A stretch of 64,000 nt of DNA from Raillietiella orientalis (Eukaryota), in the NCBI GenBank assembly GCA_036172245.1, contig JAYWIR010000025.1, positions 2,356,001-2,420,000 on the forward strand, read 5' to 3'. Within the stretch, counting starts at the first letter, position 1, and each line of letters begins with the position of its first letter. The position numbers were made by a program, and so were the translations under genes. Below the pieces are notes generated by a model. That model did no database searches. It was not told the DNA's origin and saw only the letters and a program-made list of their open reading frames with translations. Shown piece by piece: positions 1-13,900 of this stretch.

Positions 1-290
1 GTTGACGTGGAACCTATGCTTCTGTGCTGCTGCCGTGGTAACTATGGCACTGCTAAGTCTAAATAGCAAGAGCGGACATTCTTGAACGGGGGTCCCGAAA
101 GGGCCCATGGAAACCGTTGGAAACGCTGAAGGAATTGATGGCGGACGACATCATCATGTCCACCTCCACAAGTCTTAACAATACCTTGGCAGCTTTGGTT
201 AACAAAGAAAATCCACTGATCATTGTTTCCATATCGATTTAGAAGCCATTGTACTGGCGCTAAAAAAGTGTGGATGAAATGTAAAACAGT

Positions 291-312
291 AAAAAAAAAA
301 AAAAAAAAAAAA
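291..312 (+). repeat. poly(A) tract (22 nt), possibly a retroelement 3' tail
   Basis: Run of A's seen directly. The upstream sequence could not be assigned to an element. Confidence 0.5.
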
Positions 313-3300
313 CCTCAGATTTCTTAAAGGCTGAAGGTTGGCAATTCCTTCGAGATCATTCTGTACGGTAGATCTGATTTGGCCCCAACGGTGGTCAGTT
401 CATCAGGACCTTCATCAGGACGCTGCTTGGTCCCCAGAACAAGATTCTGCCGTCTTTTCCCCTTTCGTGCCTCCTTCACATGCACCTAACAGACACTGCC
501 GATTTGTGTATCGAATGAGATTGCTTTCCATATTCCTCATTCCCATACACATGACTACGACTCTGGCAGAACCTGTGAATGAGAGGACCTTCAAACTTAT
601 TTTAGAAATTCCAAAAAGGCTGACATTTTCCGATTCTTAAATAAACGCAAGAGCTACGATGAATACGAAAGCAAAATGGAGATGCTCTTTGAGAAAACGG
701 GGATGGTGAAAGACAAAGGAAACGGTCGTCATCTTTGTTGCCAAGTGCCTGAGAAAAGATGAAAAGGAGCCAGTCAACTGGAACGCAAAATCGCTGAAAC
801 ATAAACCGAAAAAAAGGAGTAATGACAAAGGTTTTACGAGGGAAAAAGCAAGCATAAAGAGAGTAGCGGCAGCGTATCAAATGCATTCTTGCTATGATTC
901 ATATGTATGCTACAAGGATTCGTAAGTATGTATCTTCTTGATTGTACACATATGCGTAGGTACACGCAAGAGATATGGTATCATCTTGATCTTATGAAGA
1001 CCATCAATGCTGGAGAGGCATCTAAGTAACTGCACCAACTGGATGAACCTTCCGTTCATCATTCCGCGTGCGCGAAAATAAATGGCGCCGCAGGCGAATT
1101 TCCTCACGCAAACCATCTTGTTTTAGAGTATTTCTTATTATCATGCTTTCTTTATGAAAGACTGCACAGGTATGCTGGGGTAAGGCGATTCTTTCAGCCA
1201 TGAACTCAGAATATGGACGCCCTCCATGTTTCCGAGGGTCACCTGGTTTGTGCGGGGGTTTCCATCCACTCTTTTGTGAGCATGCATGCAGCACAATGGG
1301 GAGAACTTGCTTTGGGTCAATTTGTTTGGATACATCCTGTTCTCAATGTTACTCTGGATGCACGAGACATAAACTGCGTATTATATGCATTTCATAAAGA
1401 TAGCATGCCTTTTTATCTTAGGCATCTAACCAAGATTGAAGTCAGCAGACTTCAATCTTGGTGATAAATGACAGGTGATATGCATTGGGGTTCCGTGGTG
1501 GTGGTGTTCTCTCGCTTCATCGTCCTCCAAGGTATGAGCAGCCCAAGAGGCATATGAAAGGTAGACTGCAACCAGCAGAACGGGTTGTACGAATTCGTTC
1601 TCATTCACAGGTTTATTAAGAAGTTTATAAGCCCATCATCTTGGAAAGTACATCTTTTGTATATGAATCAGTAATAATTCTCTCTGAAATCCCACACGGA
1701 TGAGGTTGAGAACTCGTAACAATCTCTCACAACGTATCATTGAATGGGTGGGGTCGAGTCTTCACCTACTCTATACGTATGAGGAAATTCTTGAACAGAC
1801 TGAAGGCGTAGAAAACTATCAAAGGTTTCACTAAGAGGCGTCACTAAGATCTCTCCTACAGATCCATAGTATATCTGTTGAACACAGGAGGGAAAAAAGG
1901 CCATATTCAATCTGAGCTTCCTTAGTGGAACCACATTTAATCTGAAGAGCTCGGCCTTCGTTGGCCAGTGGGTTTTTTATCCAGAGATGTATTTTGTGAT
2001 GTGCATGAATGTGAGATGTATGAATGCTCAAGCTTTGTAAATGCATCAACCCAAATCAGTTCCACATGCCTGAGCACGAGGATGCTTTAATGTATTCCTT
2101 CTGCTCTTCTAGTTATGGAGTCATATGAAAGGAAAGGGAGAGTAAAATTAGTAACCATAATTCACTTCTTGGTTTGTATACTAATACTATAAAAGATGTA
2201 TCAGATTTAAGGATTAAGATGAATACTTTCGTAGCATACAAAGACAGTAAGTATATAATTACTTATCTTCTCCAGAGGTTTATTAACAATTCTCTGCGAC
2301 GTCTAGCTTGCAATTTAAATAGTCTAAATTATCCTGTATAAGTAAGTGAGCACGAGCGTGTATGCTAACAGTGCATTTTCATGATACACATAATGCACAA
2401 TCCTAAGAAACAGTATCCCATGTTGCATGGAATCCTTGGTTCCATTCTTTGTGTCGAAAATTCGCCTTTTCAGACTGGTTCAAAGTTATAGATTTCAAAG
2501 GATTATTCATGCTAATTGACTAGTTTACTTCCCTGTGAAGCGACGGCTAATGGAACGGTCTCTTTCTCCTGATACCCTTACTTTAATCTTCTGAAATGAA
2601 GGCATGCGTAAAAGGGCTAATAATGTCCCATTACATGGAAGAATGGCGATAGCAGCGAGAAAGAACCATAGATCCAGGCAACGAGAGCAGTGATTATCAG
2701 ACTTCGGGGATCACAGAAGGTGCTTTTTAGAAAGCTTTCATCCTACACTCATCTATTTGCTTCAGGCAGACCTTGAAGTCAATGAGGTGAAACCAAGTCC
2801 GAAGAGGCATCCCTGCAAAGTAGCTTCGAGGAGATTGCGGAGGATCACTGGCGAGAATGTAAAATCCAAATGATTTTTTGGAGGGCATCTGCGGGCAGTA
2901 AGAAAGTGGGCTGTACGATGTGCGGTGAAATGAGAGGCTTATCTCCAGGACACTTTCTTTTCTTTTTCATAACAAAAACGAACTTTAGAGAGAAGCAGGT
3001 GAAACGAAAGTGGAAGTGGCGTTTTGTCGTTGTACTTGCTGGAAAGTGAAGGAGCGACTCTAAATACTTCGAAAGAGGATATCTTTCTGAAAGGAAACAT
3101 CGAAGCTGCCTGTAAAGTTGAGATTTGCAGCTGAATTTTTGCAGTGCTTTTCTTCGGGAAAGTGTTGCCACAACACCAGCTGACCGAATTATTACTATCA
3201 GCGAACTACGCGGCATTGAAAACCTGTAATCCAAAAACTTTAGATTAAAATTCAAGAATGCAGATTTCAATCAGCTCGAGAGATGATTCTATATTTTCTA

Positions 3301-4459
3301 TTTTTGCAGCAATGGATCCGACAATTACCGTGTTCAAATACGAAGGAAACTTAGCTTGAACTTATTTCGCCAAGAACAGAAATTTGCAGCTTTCCAACAC
3401 ATTTCAGTCAAACAGATTTGTTGAAAGGTGCCACTGGTAACCATAGCTTCAAATCAAGTATGTCTGGACACTTTGCTGTGCTGTTGTTGGGAAGGGAAAG
3501 TCCCTCAAACAACCTCAGAAAACGTCCGACAGGATTGCCCGATGCAGTCCTGGAAGCTTTTATCGAGTTATGGGGCAACTGCAGATTTTAGCTTTAAAGC
3601 CCATAATAACATGAAAGTTCCTTGAAGTTGGTGGATGAATAAGTTTCAGGATTAATTTTGAAATTTCCTAAAAGCAATGTCGAAGCAATTGGTTCGCATT
3701 GCGTATACTATTCAGCTATTTAGGGATCTTCTAAATAATCTATGTAAGATGTGGTTTTCACGATAAACCACATGAGGTACATCGAGATACCTCACAAAGG
3801 TTTGCCGTAAAAAGCTCCGTTAAACGATGGAATGCAAATTTTAAATAATAGCATTTTGCATACGGGATTGCTTTCAATGTGGTCGTTTTCATTTGTTCGG
3901 TTAAACATCCCTTATAATTTTCTTAAATTTTCATTTCCATAAAAAAATCCAAAACTACGCTCGCAATGTTCTTTTAAAACCACAAATAGTTCTTTGATTT
4001 TATCCCGTCCAAGACACAGCATCTGAATACATCAACATTTGCCATTTAAACTGAAAGCCTTCTATTGCAGACCACCACAAGTTGAAAGTTGCTGTGTAGC
4101 GTGAGAGCATTAGCATCAAGGTGTTTGGAACAGAGTCTCTGTTCGAATGCATCCAAACTGTCTTATCAAATAGAAGTTAGCAAACTTGGAAACTATTAAA
4201 AGATTAAAAGCAGATGTATTCCTAATTGCTACAAATGTTTAATCTGTGATTATATGGGACAGCTGCCTACCTTTTGTCTGTGTAAAATGCTCTGATGCCT
4301 CTCTGCATCGGGACCTATCCCAGTCATCCCGATGCTCATCGAAACTAAACACCATCATTCTCATCGTCGATGACTGGTACGCGCCGAAGCATGTTGCTGT
4401 ACCTGTCCTGAGATCTGGGTCAACCTCTTGCGACCGATCGCGCCAACGGTGGTCTATTA

Positions 4460-6500
4460 CGAAACTATCCGGGAACAGAGTTCCCGGACAAAGGACACAG
4501 AAAAACGAAGGGAGGGCTCCCCGACACGCAGGTCCTTAAAACCGAAAGTCCGGAACGGGAGGGAGGAGACCACAAATACATATTTAAAAAAATATAAATA
4601 AAAATATGGGGAGGGTAGGGACAGGGGTCTTTGGTTTTGGCCGTTCCTTCCTTTCAGAACCGGCGTTGGATGCTGTAGATCTCCTTCCTTACACCTTCTG
4701 GAAGATGAGGCCACCTTGAAGCCGACGTCATGTTCTCGTCGGCTATTCCGGTGGCCTCTCCACGAATCGCCTGCGACTCCAGCTGTAGGTGGGCCTTGTC
4801 GATGGTGCGAATGCAACAGACCGTTGCAACAACCGCACCCAAGGAAAGGCCGCCTGGCGTGAAGAAGCGGCGCATCAAATCCCTTGCGGTGTCCCCCTGG
4901 TGCAAGAGAGCTGAAGTCAGACTGTGCCACCGTCCTTGGAAGACACCGCAGTCGAAAAGCAGGTGCGGGAGCGTTTCTGCTTCTCCGCACCTTTTGCAGT
5001 TCGGGTAGGCAACTCCCCCGGAAACAATGTTCGAGAGCTGGTTGCAATGAAAGCCCCAATGCACCAGCAAGATTGCGTCCTGTTTCCACGAAAGGGGGAA
5101 CACAGAAGTGTAGTGTGAAATAGTGTCCACGCGCGAGGGAAGGACCACTAGATCTTCGGGGGGCACACTAAGCAGTTCGCTCCACCGGAAGAGTGCCTTC
5201 GGGATGTTGCGAGGCGGCGTCTGCCAGCTCGCTAGTCCTCCAGCCGCCCATGAGTCGGGTTGCTCCTGCGATCGTTCAGGCGACCTCCCACCTTCCCGGT
5301 AGGCAACTGTCATCACTTGCCCTTAGTGCAAACAGCGCTGCGGCAAGGGGCGTGGCGGCCAGACTGACTCACTCGCCCTGGTCTTGCATCAAATCCTCCA
5401 ATGGAAGGGGAAAGGTGCACGCAACGAAGTTCGATTAGCGGTACTTCCCGATGCACTTCCTGCCTCCAGGCGTTAAAGTTCGTTGGGTGGCAGGAGATCC
5501 AAGTGTGGGCTAGGAGCCGGCAAAGCGGTTTCAAGGGGAAACCGATGCTTCTCGTGGCGCACTCCGTATGCGGCAGGAGCGACAGAAGTCCTTCGCTGAC
5601 GGTGCAGCGCCGCAGTAGCAGGCGCGCGGGAGCACACCACGGAGTGAACTAGAAGTTGGCGCAAAGAGCCAACATCCGAAACTGCACCTGCAGTTCGATA
5701 CTCTCCAACGTCAGGATGCCTAAACCGGCATCCCGACGCGGAGCTGCCAAGTCTTGGAGGCACATCCTGGACCTCGCGGGTCCCCACAAAGCGTTCCTCA
5801 ACAGGCGTCTCGCCTGGAGCTTGGTCGAGTAGGGGGGCGAGCAAACAAAAAACAGGGGGCAGAAGAGGGGGAGACGAAGGTGTTCCAAACGGAGACCTGC
5901 TCCGGCAGGACCAGCCTGCCAGCTTGGAACGGGCCCAGAGCACTCTCAGCCTTCTGAAGGCAGTCCGACCATGCTTCCACTGGACTGATGCTCCCAGCGG
6001 GACGCCTGGGTGCTTCAAAGACCTGGCGGTCGGGATCCCGAGGCGGACTGCTCCCCCACGCCGCACCAACAGGGACGACTACACTCTTGCTCCGGTTTAC
6101 GCTCACGCCCGCTCCCCGGAGAATCAGCTCGAGGAAACCCTCGAGACTGGACACCGGGGTGGTCATGGGTAAAAGGAGAAGCAGGTCATCGGCATAGGCC
6201 TCCATGGACGGCGCACCTGGACAAGAGCTCGGCAGGTTGTCCAGTTACAGCCTGTACGCTCTCAACACCAACTCAAAGAAGATGCTGAAGAGCAGAGGGT
6301 TTAAACTGTCTCCCTGCCTCTGCCCCGCCGCACCGGCACGCCGTACACGTGGCAGCCGCTGAAACAGATGGAGGTGAGCGCGTGGCGCTAGCATGCGCGC
6401 AAACCCAGCTTTCGTTGGCTGCTGGTGGTGGGTGAACAATCCAACGCTTGGCGAGTTCTTCAGCAACGACAGGAAGAGTCGATATTGAAGGATTAAAAAG
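4460..6500 (-). mobile_element. Degenerate Tx1/L1-clade non-LTR retrotransposon: ORF2 (RT plus C-terminal zinc knuckle) and 3' UTR
   Basis: Minus-strand RT motifs RQGDSLNPLLF (~6310) and EAYADDLLLLL (~6190), GLGILTL (~5720), and C-terminal CKRCGEAETLPHLLFDC (~4950-5000). Many frameshifts. No endonuclease domain found. Confidence 0.85.
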
Positions 6501-8300
6501 CGATGCCACTGTGAACTCTTAACCGGCACAAGTCAGTTATCCTTGCGGTGACTTTCCTGACACCTCTTCGTAGTGTAGCTGGCTCTCCAGGTGTGATGGT
6601 GCTCGTTGCTGGAAACCCTTTTAAGTATCGCGTCGTCCTGAACTTCACAAATTCGGTGCAGAAAGTTATCTGTTCTCTCCTTACTGGCACTTTCTTTCAC
6701 GTCCTTGTCAAGTTGTGGTATTTCTCTTCTGCATTCTTGGATCTGCTGCATCTTCTCGCTTGCCACGCCGGTTCCTGACACCTTTTGTGAGCCTGACTGC
6801 TCTGCATGCTTCTTTGTCCTCTTGTTCCTGGTTTTCCTCTTTTGCCTCAGAGAATGGTCGCTGTCTCCGCAGCGGGGGGGTCTTCCTTCCCTCCGCTTCC
6901 AGCAACATCCTTTTCAGGGATGAGAGGAGTTCTCTGTAAGACTACCCACTACTTCCTTCAGTCTCGCTTGTTGTAGTCTACAGATGTAAAACTTCTTCGG
7001 TTAGGTGCATGAGTGCAGCAAGCGCCCCTGCCGGCCACACCGGTAACACCTCTTTCTGGATTTCGTTTTCTGCCCTGAGCGCAAGCACTGCAGAACGCAA
7101 GCTGGCACCTGTGCCCCAATGTGGATATTGGCCACCCCTGGTTATCGTGGCCTCGTCCTTTAGGATCCCTCTCCTGGAAAGTCCCTCTGCATGCTGTTCC
7201 GCAGTTCCACATGTTTGACTCCCATATGTTGTGAGAAGAATTGCCAGATGACTCTGTCTCGTGACGCAGTGGATCCCGGCCAGGAACACCGACGTCTTAA
7301 GGATTGCGCACAGTACTCGTCCAATGCGGCTAATTCCCTGCTACATGAGCGCTTCCATAAGCTGCCGAAGTCAAAGACGAGTCGGACACCATCATGGGAG
7401 AGTTTCTCTGTTGCAGATTCGTCTCATGAGTTTTCCGACAAGGTAAAGAGTGAGAGAGAGAGAAAAAACCATCGCCTGCAATTCTACAAATCATTTCATT
7501 CTGAATGATATGATTTGTCATTAAATCTTTAGTTCTAGTAAAATTAATATTTAATCAACATTTGTTTTTGTTTCTTCGGGATCAAAAGAGAACAAGGTGA
7601 CTTGCACTTTTCCAGAGAGTTCATCCAGTTCGATCAGATTGGGGATCATGGTTCCTTTTTCCATTCCAATTTTCATAAGGGTCTGTCCCCCGGAACGTCC
7701 ACCACAAAGGTACAGAGCGACTTCCCGTATGGCTGGAAGTGTCTCGTGATGGTGAGCTTTTTTGTCCTGACTTCGAGGTCGGCCAGACGTACAGTCGGCG
7801 CGGCCTTCTCAGATATTCCGTAGAGAATCCTCTCGTTGAAGAGCAGTCCGTTTTCGACGAGATCGTCGATCCCCGTTCGTGCTGTCTGTGTAAATGGAGG
7901 ATCCCACAGACGTCATGGCTGCCTTGGTGCGATCGGAATTCATCCTTTTCCGGTTGATGGCAAGGTATGTGTCGCTCACCGCACTGCTGGTTAAAAGACC
8001 CATGGGAAAAGTGACTGCGGTCACTTCCAGACCAAGTTCCCCGAGGGGCCGTCTTCGTTTTCGACCAGAGGTCCGGCGATCATGCCGTTTCCTGTGGTTT
8101 CTCCAGCGGGTCCGGTAAGCAAGGTCGCTGCCACCATTGTGTAGGACAACGCGAATGCCCTGGCATGGCAGTTACAGCCGCCTCGGTCTCCGCCGGTAGT
8201 TGCTGCCTCAACGACTCCACATTCCATTTCGGCTGTTGGAACTGCTTGCGCCACTTGTGGTCCACACGCCGCATTCAATACAAGACTAGAAGGCAATTGG
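6500..8300 (-). mobile_element. Degenerate ORF1 (gag-like, CCHC knuckle) remnants of the Tx1/L1-like element
   Basis: Minus-strand CYRCGRQGRLLHSC (degenerate CX2CX4HX4C) at ~7007-7048 and a basic low-complexity tail. Further GC-rich decayed coding sequence at 7600-8300. Confidence 0.6.
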
Positions 8301-10973
8301 CAGAGCAACAGAAAGTTTCCTATAGTCCGCGACTATTAACGCAAATCGAAGTCTTGGGGGATCTAACGGCAATCAAAGCAGTTGTAGTGTTTCTGTTCAG
8401 TTGATACATACAAATATCATTACCGTTCTTTCGTCTAAAATGTAAACATGTTGAAGTTTTGCGGCCATATACCCAAACGAAAGCTTGAAGTCATGCTGCA
8501 TGATAACTGAGCTAAACTTTTTTAAAAAACTGCTTTTGCTTCCGAGTTGGATTTTTCGCTGTTTCCCCCTCGCACATCTACCGCTATTCATTTCATGGAT
8601 TTTTTTCCTAATCCTTCCAGTAACTTCATGTGCTAAAAAAAAAAACGTGCAAGCACAACATCTTTCCATGGCATTTAAAAAACAGGAATCCATTTTTTTC
8701 CTTGAGAAAGCATCGAGCACCCCCAGCCAAAATCGCTGTTTCTACTGCCTAATTTTTCTCTTACGAATTTCCGTCTTTCAGATTCCTACATCCGTGTTAG
8801 CTGTAATCTAATTGCTATGAAGTATCATCAGGAAAATTCCTGCCACGTATATTTCTTACTTAGTTCTCTAAACAAGTTTTTCATTACATTTTAGCCTGTT
8901 CTCCGAGTTTCAATATATAATTTGTAGAATAGTAAATGTGGCACTATAGACTCTATGTTTTTCAATATGCCACACTCTTCAGTCCTAGCTTAAGTATAAT
9001 CACGGATAATTAATTTATTTTCATTTATTTTTTGTTGTTACTATCGAATGCTCTAGTTATTGGAAATAGTAGCAGTTGATATCAGTGAGTAATGGATGAA
9101 GCAGATTTCTATGTGGTATGACTTCTATGGAGTGTTTACATGAACAGCAAGAACAAATATGCTATCTCAACCACCTTAACTTTCAATGCATACTGCAGTC
9201 TATTGATCCCTGAGATAGAACACAATTTTTAAATGTATCAGGTCCAAAGATGTCAAGATTACTTGGTCAGAATACTGTTTTGCACAACAGAAACAAGTGC
9301 ACGGATTGTTATTGAACTTAGTATAAGTTTTTAGAAATATACCATTAATCAGCATCACATATGTGCTAAATGCAGAATTCGGCTACCAAATGGGGAAACT
9401 TCAACTGGGAGCAAAAAAATTTAGATATGGATACAAAGCACATTTTGAAAATTTTAAAACGTTTGGTTTCATAAATTAAATTAATGGACAGTGAAAGCAG
9501 TTATGTCTGCCAAATATGCTTCTTGACTCGAATCATACTGAAGAAACTGAATTCGAAAGAAACTAAAGCGACGATATGCCTTTATACAAAGGTGAAAACA
9601 GTTGGTAACTAATACAACTAACCACATTCATTAGAAATGTTATTTATTCTTTACTTCTGCTACAGTTTTCTTTGGTGCTTAATTGGATATATGAAAGAGA
9701 ATATGGTACACTTGTAAACAGTGTTAGTATTTCAACAAAATCATAGAGCTAGCATCTGGCAGTTTTGAAATACCTCAGGTACTAAATGGAAATTGAAACT
9801 AGGACTCGTTTTCTGCTAACTGTCACAGCATGAAAAACTCACCTTGCAATCAGACACAAATACAAGCACACATATCCAATCCACTTCAATGCATGTTCAA
9901 GAGAAATGCACACACATACACGTTTCGCTAATGCATGGTTTGACTTCGGGGTGTTCAAAGAACTTTGCTTGACTATGCAATGTTACTGAATGGTGCATAA
10001 AACTATAAAACACCACATGTGGATATTGCAACTCACATACAAGATAAGAGAAGCTGCTATTGGAGCACATAAAAAAAAATAAAGAGAAACACTCAATTAC
10101 TTGTTACATTCACTGTGTTCTGTCAGCATCCCTAAGTGTCCCACACTAAAGTAGCATTGTTGCATTTTTGAAAGTCATTTATTAGTCTTGAATATCTCTT
10201 GAAAGAGTTACTAGGTGCTATTTTGTTTTATAATAATGGTTGTTAATGGTAAACTACTAACATAATATCCAATTAATCCCCTGGTATAAAACTGTATTAA
10301 TACAAATTTGGTGGTAGAGAATTCATCATCTTAGAAAGACTCATTAACAAACAAACTATCACCAATGACTAAAAGGATTTTTTACTCCTTGCTATTCCTT
10401 CATAAATATTTTTATGAAGATTAAAATGGGAAAGTATTTATCAGTCGGATTATATGGGACAATGTTTGTATTACGGCTTCCGAATGATGCACGCATAAAT
10501 AGGAATCCCTAAAAAAAACTTTTAGATTCCTCTATTACGAAAGTGATTTCAAAGGCACAATGATGAAGCAGAATAAAAAACAAGCATCTAAGTTGTCATC
10601 GAAATCAATCTCCACTTAATAAAAGTATTATCATTAAAGTTATTCTGAAGTACATTCTGATTCCATCCATGTTAGAACTGTTGCTAACAAACACTATATG
10701 ACCTATCAACTCAGTTCATTTTGGGAACTGACAAAGAAATAATCACTGTGTAACTAACACTAGGCGTAATGTCACTGAAAAATAGTTTATTGTGTGATGA
10801 GGAATTCAGTAAAAACCCTAGTACAAGCGAAAAAGTCTAATTTTCATACCAAATCTCACTATGAAAAAGTATATTTCAATTATCCAAAAATATACTGATT
10901 ATTCTACTACATTCTACTACAGAAATCATGAATTACTATTTCCACAGATAAAGGTCAAAATAAAATCTCAGTT

Positions 10974-13900
10974 TCATATCAATGCTGGAAGGTAAAACTG
11001 CTGGGCAAATTCTTCTACTTTGTGTCTTAAGCATTCTACTTTTTCAGACAAATGACTCTCTTTCATCTTTGTACAAAAATCAACGAATTTGACTCCTGAT
11101 TCACTCTGAATTTCCTTTGCAAGTTGCAAGGCTGTTAATAACAAACTCAGTTAAAAAAAATTTTTAATCATTGAAAAAACCTAACCTTGTGAAATAAAAG
11201 AAGCGACTATTTTCATATCTTCTTCATTTAGTCCTCGTGTTGTCAAAGCAGGTGTTCCTAGGCGGATGCCACCTGGATTAAAGGCACTCTTGTCTCCTGG
11301 CACTGCAGTACTATTGTTCCAAGAATCCAGTATGAAATTTTTAGTCGCACCTGTATTTTTATTGCAGGCTATCGATATCTCTTCAAGAATTTTCTCAGCT
11401 TTGGCACCAGAAACACCATAAGGACGAAGATCAAGCCAAACTAAATGATTGTCTGTACCCCCTGTGACAAGTTTAAAACCCATATTCATTAATTCTTCAC
11501 TTAGCACCTTAGCATTAGAAACTATCTGAAAGAGACAAGAGTCAGAAAAATTATTTGAGAAAGTTTTTCTAAACAAAACCTGATGTCCATATTTTTTAAA
11601 GTCTGGTGTAGCAGCTTGTTTCAAAGCAACAGCAACAGCAGCAATAGCATTATTATGTGGCCCACCTTGCAGTCCCGGGAAAACAGCTTGATTAATGAGT
11701 GACTCAAGCTCATATGGTTTTCCTGTGCGATCACATATCCCTATAAATACACTTACTTCAAATTCGAAAATACATTCTCACTGTAATAAATTACAACAAA
11801 ATCTCATTTGACATGAATACCACTTGATAATGCAGATGAAAAAAAGCTTTTACTCTTAATTCCTTTCCGGATTTGTACAAATTTTGTGCAAAACTAGCAC
11901 ATTTTCTGATAACAAAAGCATTTATTCCCTTTAATTAATTTTTCATTAGCATTCATTTTATCTTGGGGCTTACTACAACAATGTTGCTGAGCTTGCCTGA
12001 AAAACAAATAGACAAACCTGAAGAGCACTTGTAAGGATTTAAGATGCCTATGAACTAGGGAAGTATTACTCGGAAATTTTTTTTAAGTGAAGTTTTCTCA
12101 CAAACCTTAGTTTCCTACAAAAAATTGCATAATAAAAGATTTTAAAAGTACTCAACTCAACACAGGGCAGACAACACAACTAAGTATGAATAAAGTAAAT
12201 ACAGACTTGGAGGTACAATGTCAATGTATAATAGTTATCAGTGACAGCAAACAAGAGAAATCAGAAAGAAAAGGATACGAAAAGGTATAAAAAAGCTCTT
12301 GTTTACAAACACATTTGCTTTCACAATTCAGAATAGTGTTCATATAAAAGTTGATTCCTAGCTCACTGTGTGAGCCACAAGTAAACAATAAGAAACACAA
12401 TTTTGAATATGGTTCTTACAAAGGTTCTAAAATCTTGGATGAGTCAATTCCATTTCATTCATAATTAACGTGATTTTCATTGAAAGACTATAGACATAAC
12501 TGTTCGTACAACCACACCTTTGCGAAAAAAAATCATTGCTGCTCTTGGTCCACGTAAACTTTTGTGTGTTGTTGTGGTGACAACATGTGCATGGTGAAAT
12601 GGAGATGGTGCTGCTCCAGCAGCTACTAATCCTGATACGTGTGCCATATCTGCCATCAAATAAGCTCCACAAGAATCTGCAATCTGACGGAAACGTGCAT
12701 AGTCCAAATTCCGTGGATAGCAGCTAACTCCTATTAGAATGTGAATGGATTTTCTTTTGCAATCTTACTAGCCTGCAATAATAACATTAGGAAGAAACAA
12801 CTTAGAATTCCGTGACAGCTGCTCATAATCAATCATTCCAGTCTGGATATCGATTTTATAAGGCATGGATTCAAAGAACACTGATGTGGCTGATACTTTC
12901 TTTTTGGCAGTCATAAATCCATGAGTCAAGTGTCCTCCATCAGGGAGGTCTAGCCCTACAAGCCGATAAAGTCAAAAATCAAAGAAAAATTACCCATTAT
13001 TCTTCCATGTGGTTTTGCCAAAGCAGTATAAACAGCAAAATTTGCAGGACTGCCTGAATAAGGTTGAACATTCACTCCCCAATTTTCAGGATCAAGAGAG
13101 AAAAGTTCTAATGCTCTATTCTGGCACAAAATTTCCATTTGATCAATGAACTGATTTCCGCCATAAAATCTTCATAAAAAGAACCATTTGCATTAGTCCA
13201 GTAAATTGCATAATACAAACATTCACAGAAAATAGTTTTTCAAAGTGTGATTGCCTAGCTATAAACAAACAAAATTGGTGTAACTGGTGTTTGAGCTCTT
13301 AAAACCAATTCAAATGCTACAACGTCAAAATGCATTATGTCTGTAACATCGCCTGTATCTTCTTATATCGTAATGACTTCTAATGCTCTCTATTATTTAA
13401 CTTTCCATTAAAGTATGTTAACTTCTCCCTGCCACGAAAGTAACAGAAATAATTTGAGATTGGTTATTAATTCACTAATCTTTTCAATTATTAAAATAAT
13501 CCATTATATTTATTTAATGGTTAAGGAAAATGCTATTCTGATAATTTCCTACTGACATGTTCCACTTTTCAATCTGGATGATTTCACATATCACAATTTA
13601 GAAACACATTTTGAATATTCAACTCTTTACTCCCTTTTATTAAACGAAATTTCGTCATTGCAGTGAAATTTTGTAGTCAATAATCTTTCTGCTGAGAATT
13701 TACGGGTTTGTGCCCGTATCCCCACTTCAACATGCACTTTGATCATTGTTTTTCAAAATTCTACTGAATCTTCCAAATTTTAGTGAACACTAGTAGCTGT
13801 CACCAAATCAAAGAATCCAATCTGTTCCACCTTCGAACGTGACAGATTGAGTTGTGTCAATATTTTCATGGTGAACATTGAAATTCACAATTGCTTTTAT

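Noticed and set aside
11181..11624. Apparent peptide insertions in SHMT
   Set aside because: These are stop-free introns of 48 and 54 nt with clear GT-AG ends.
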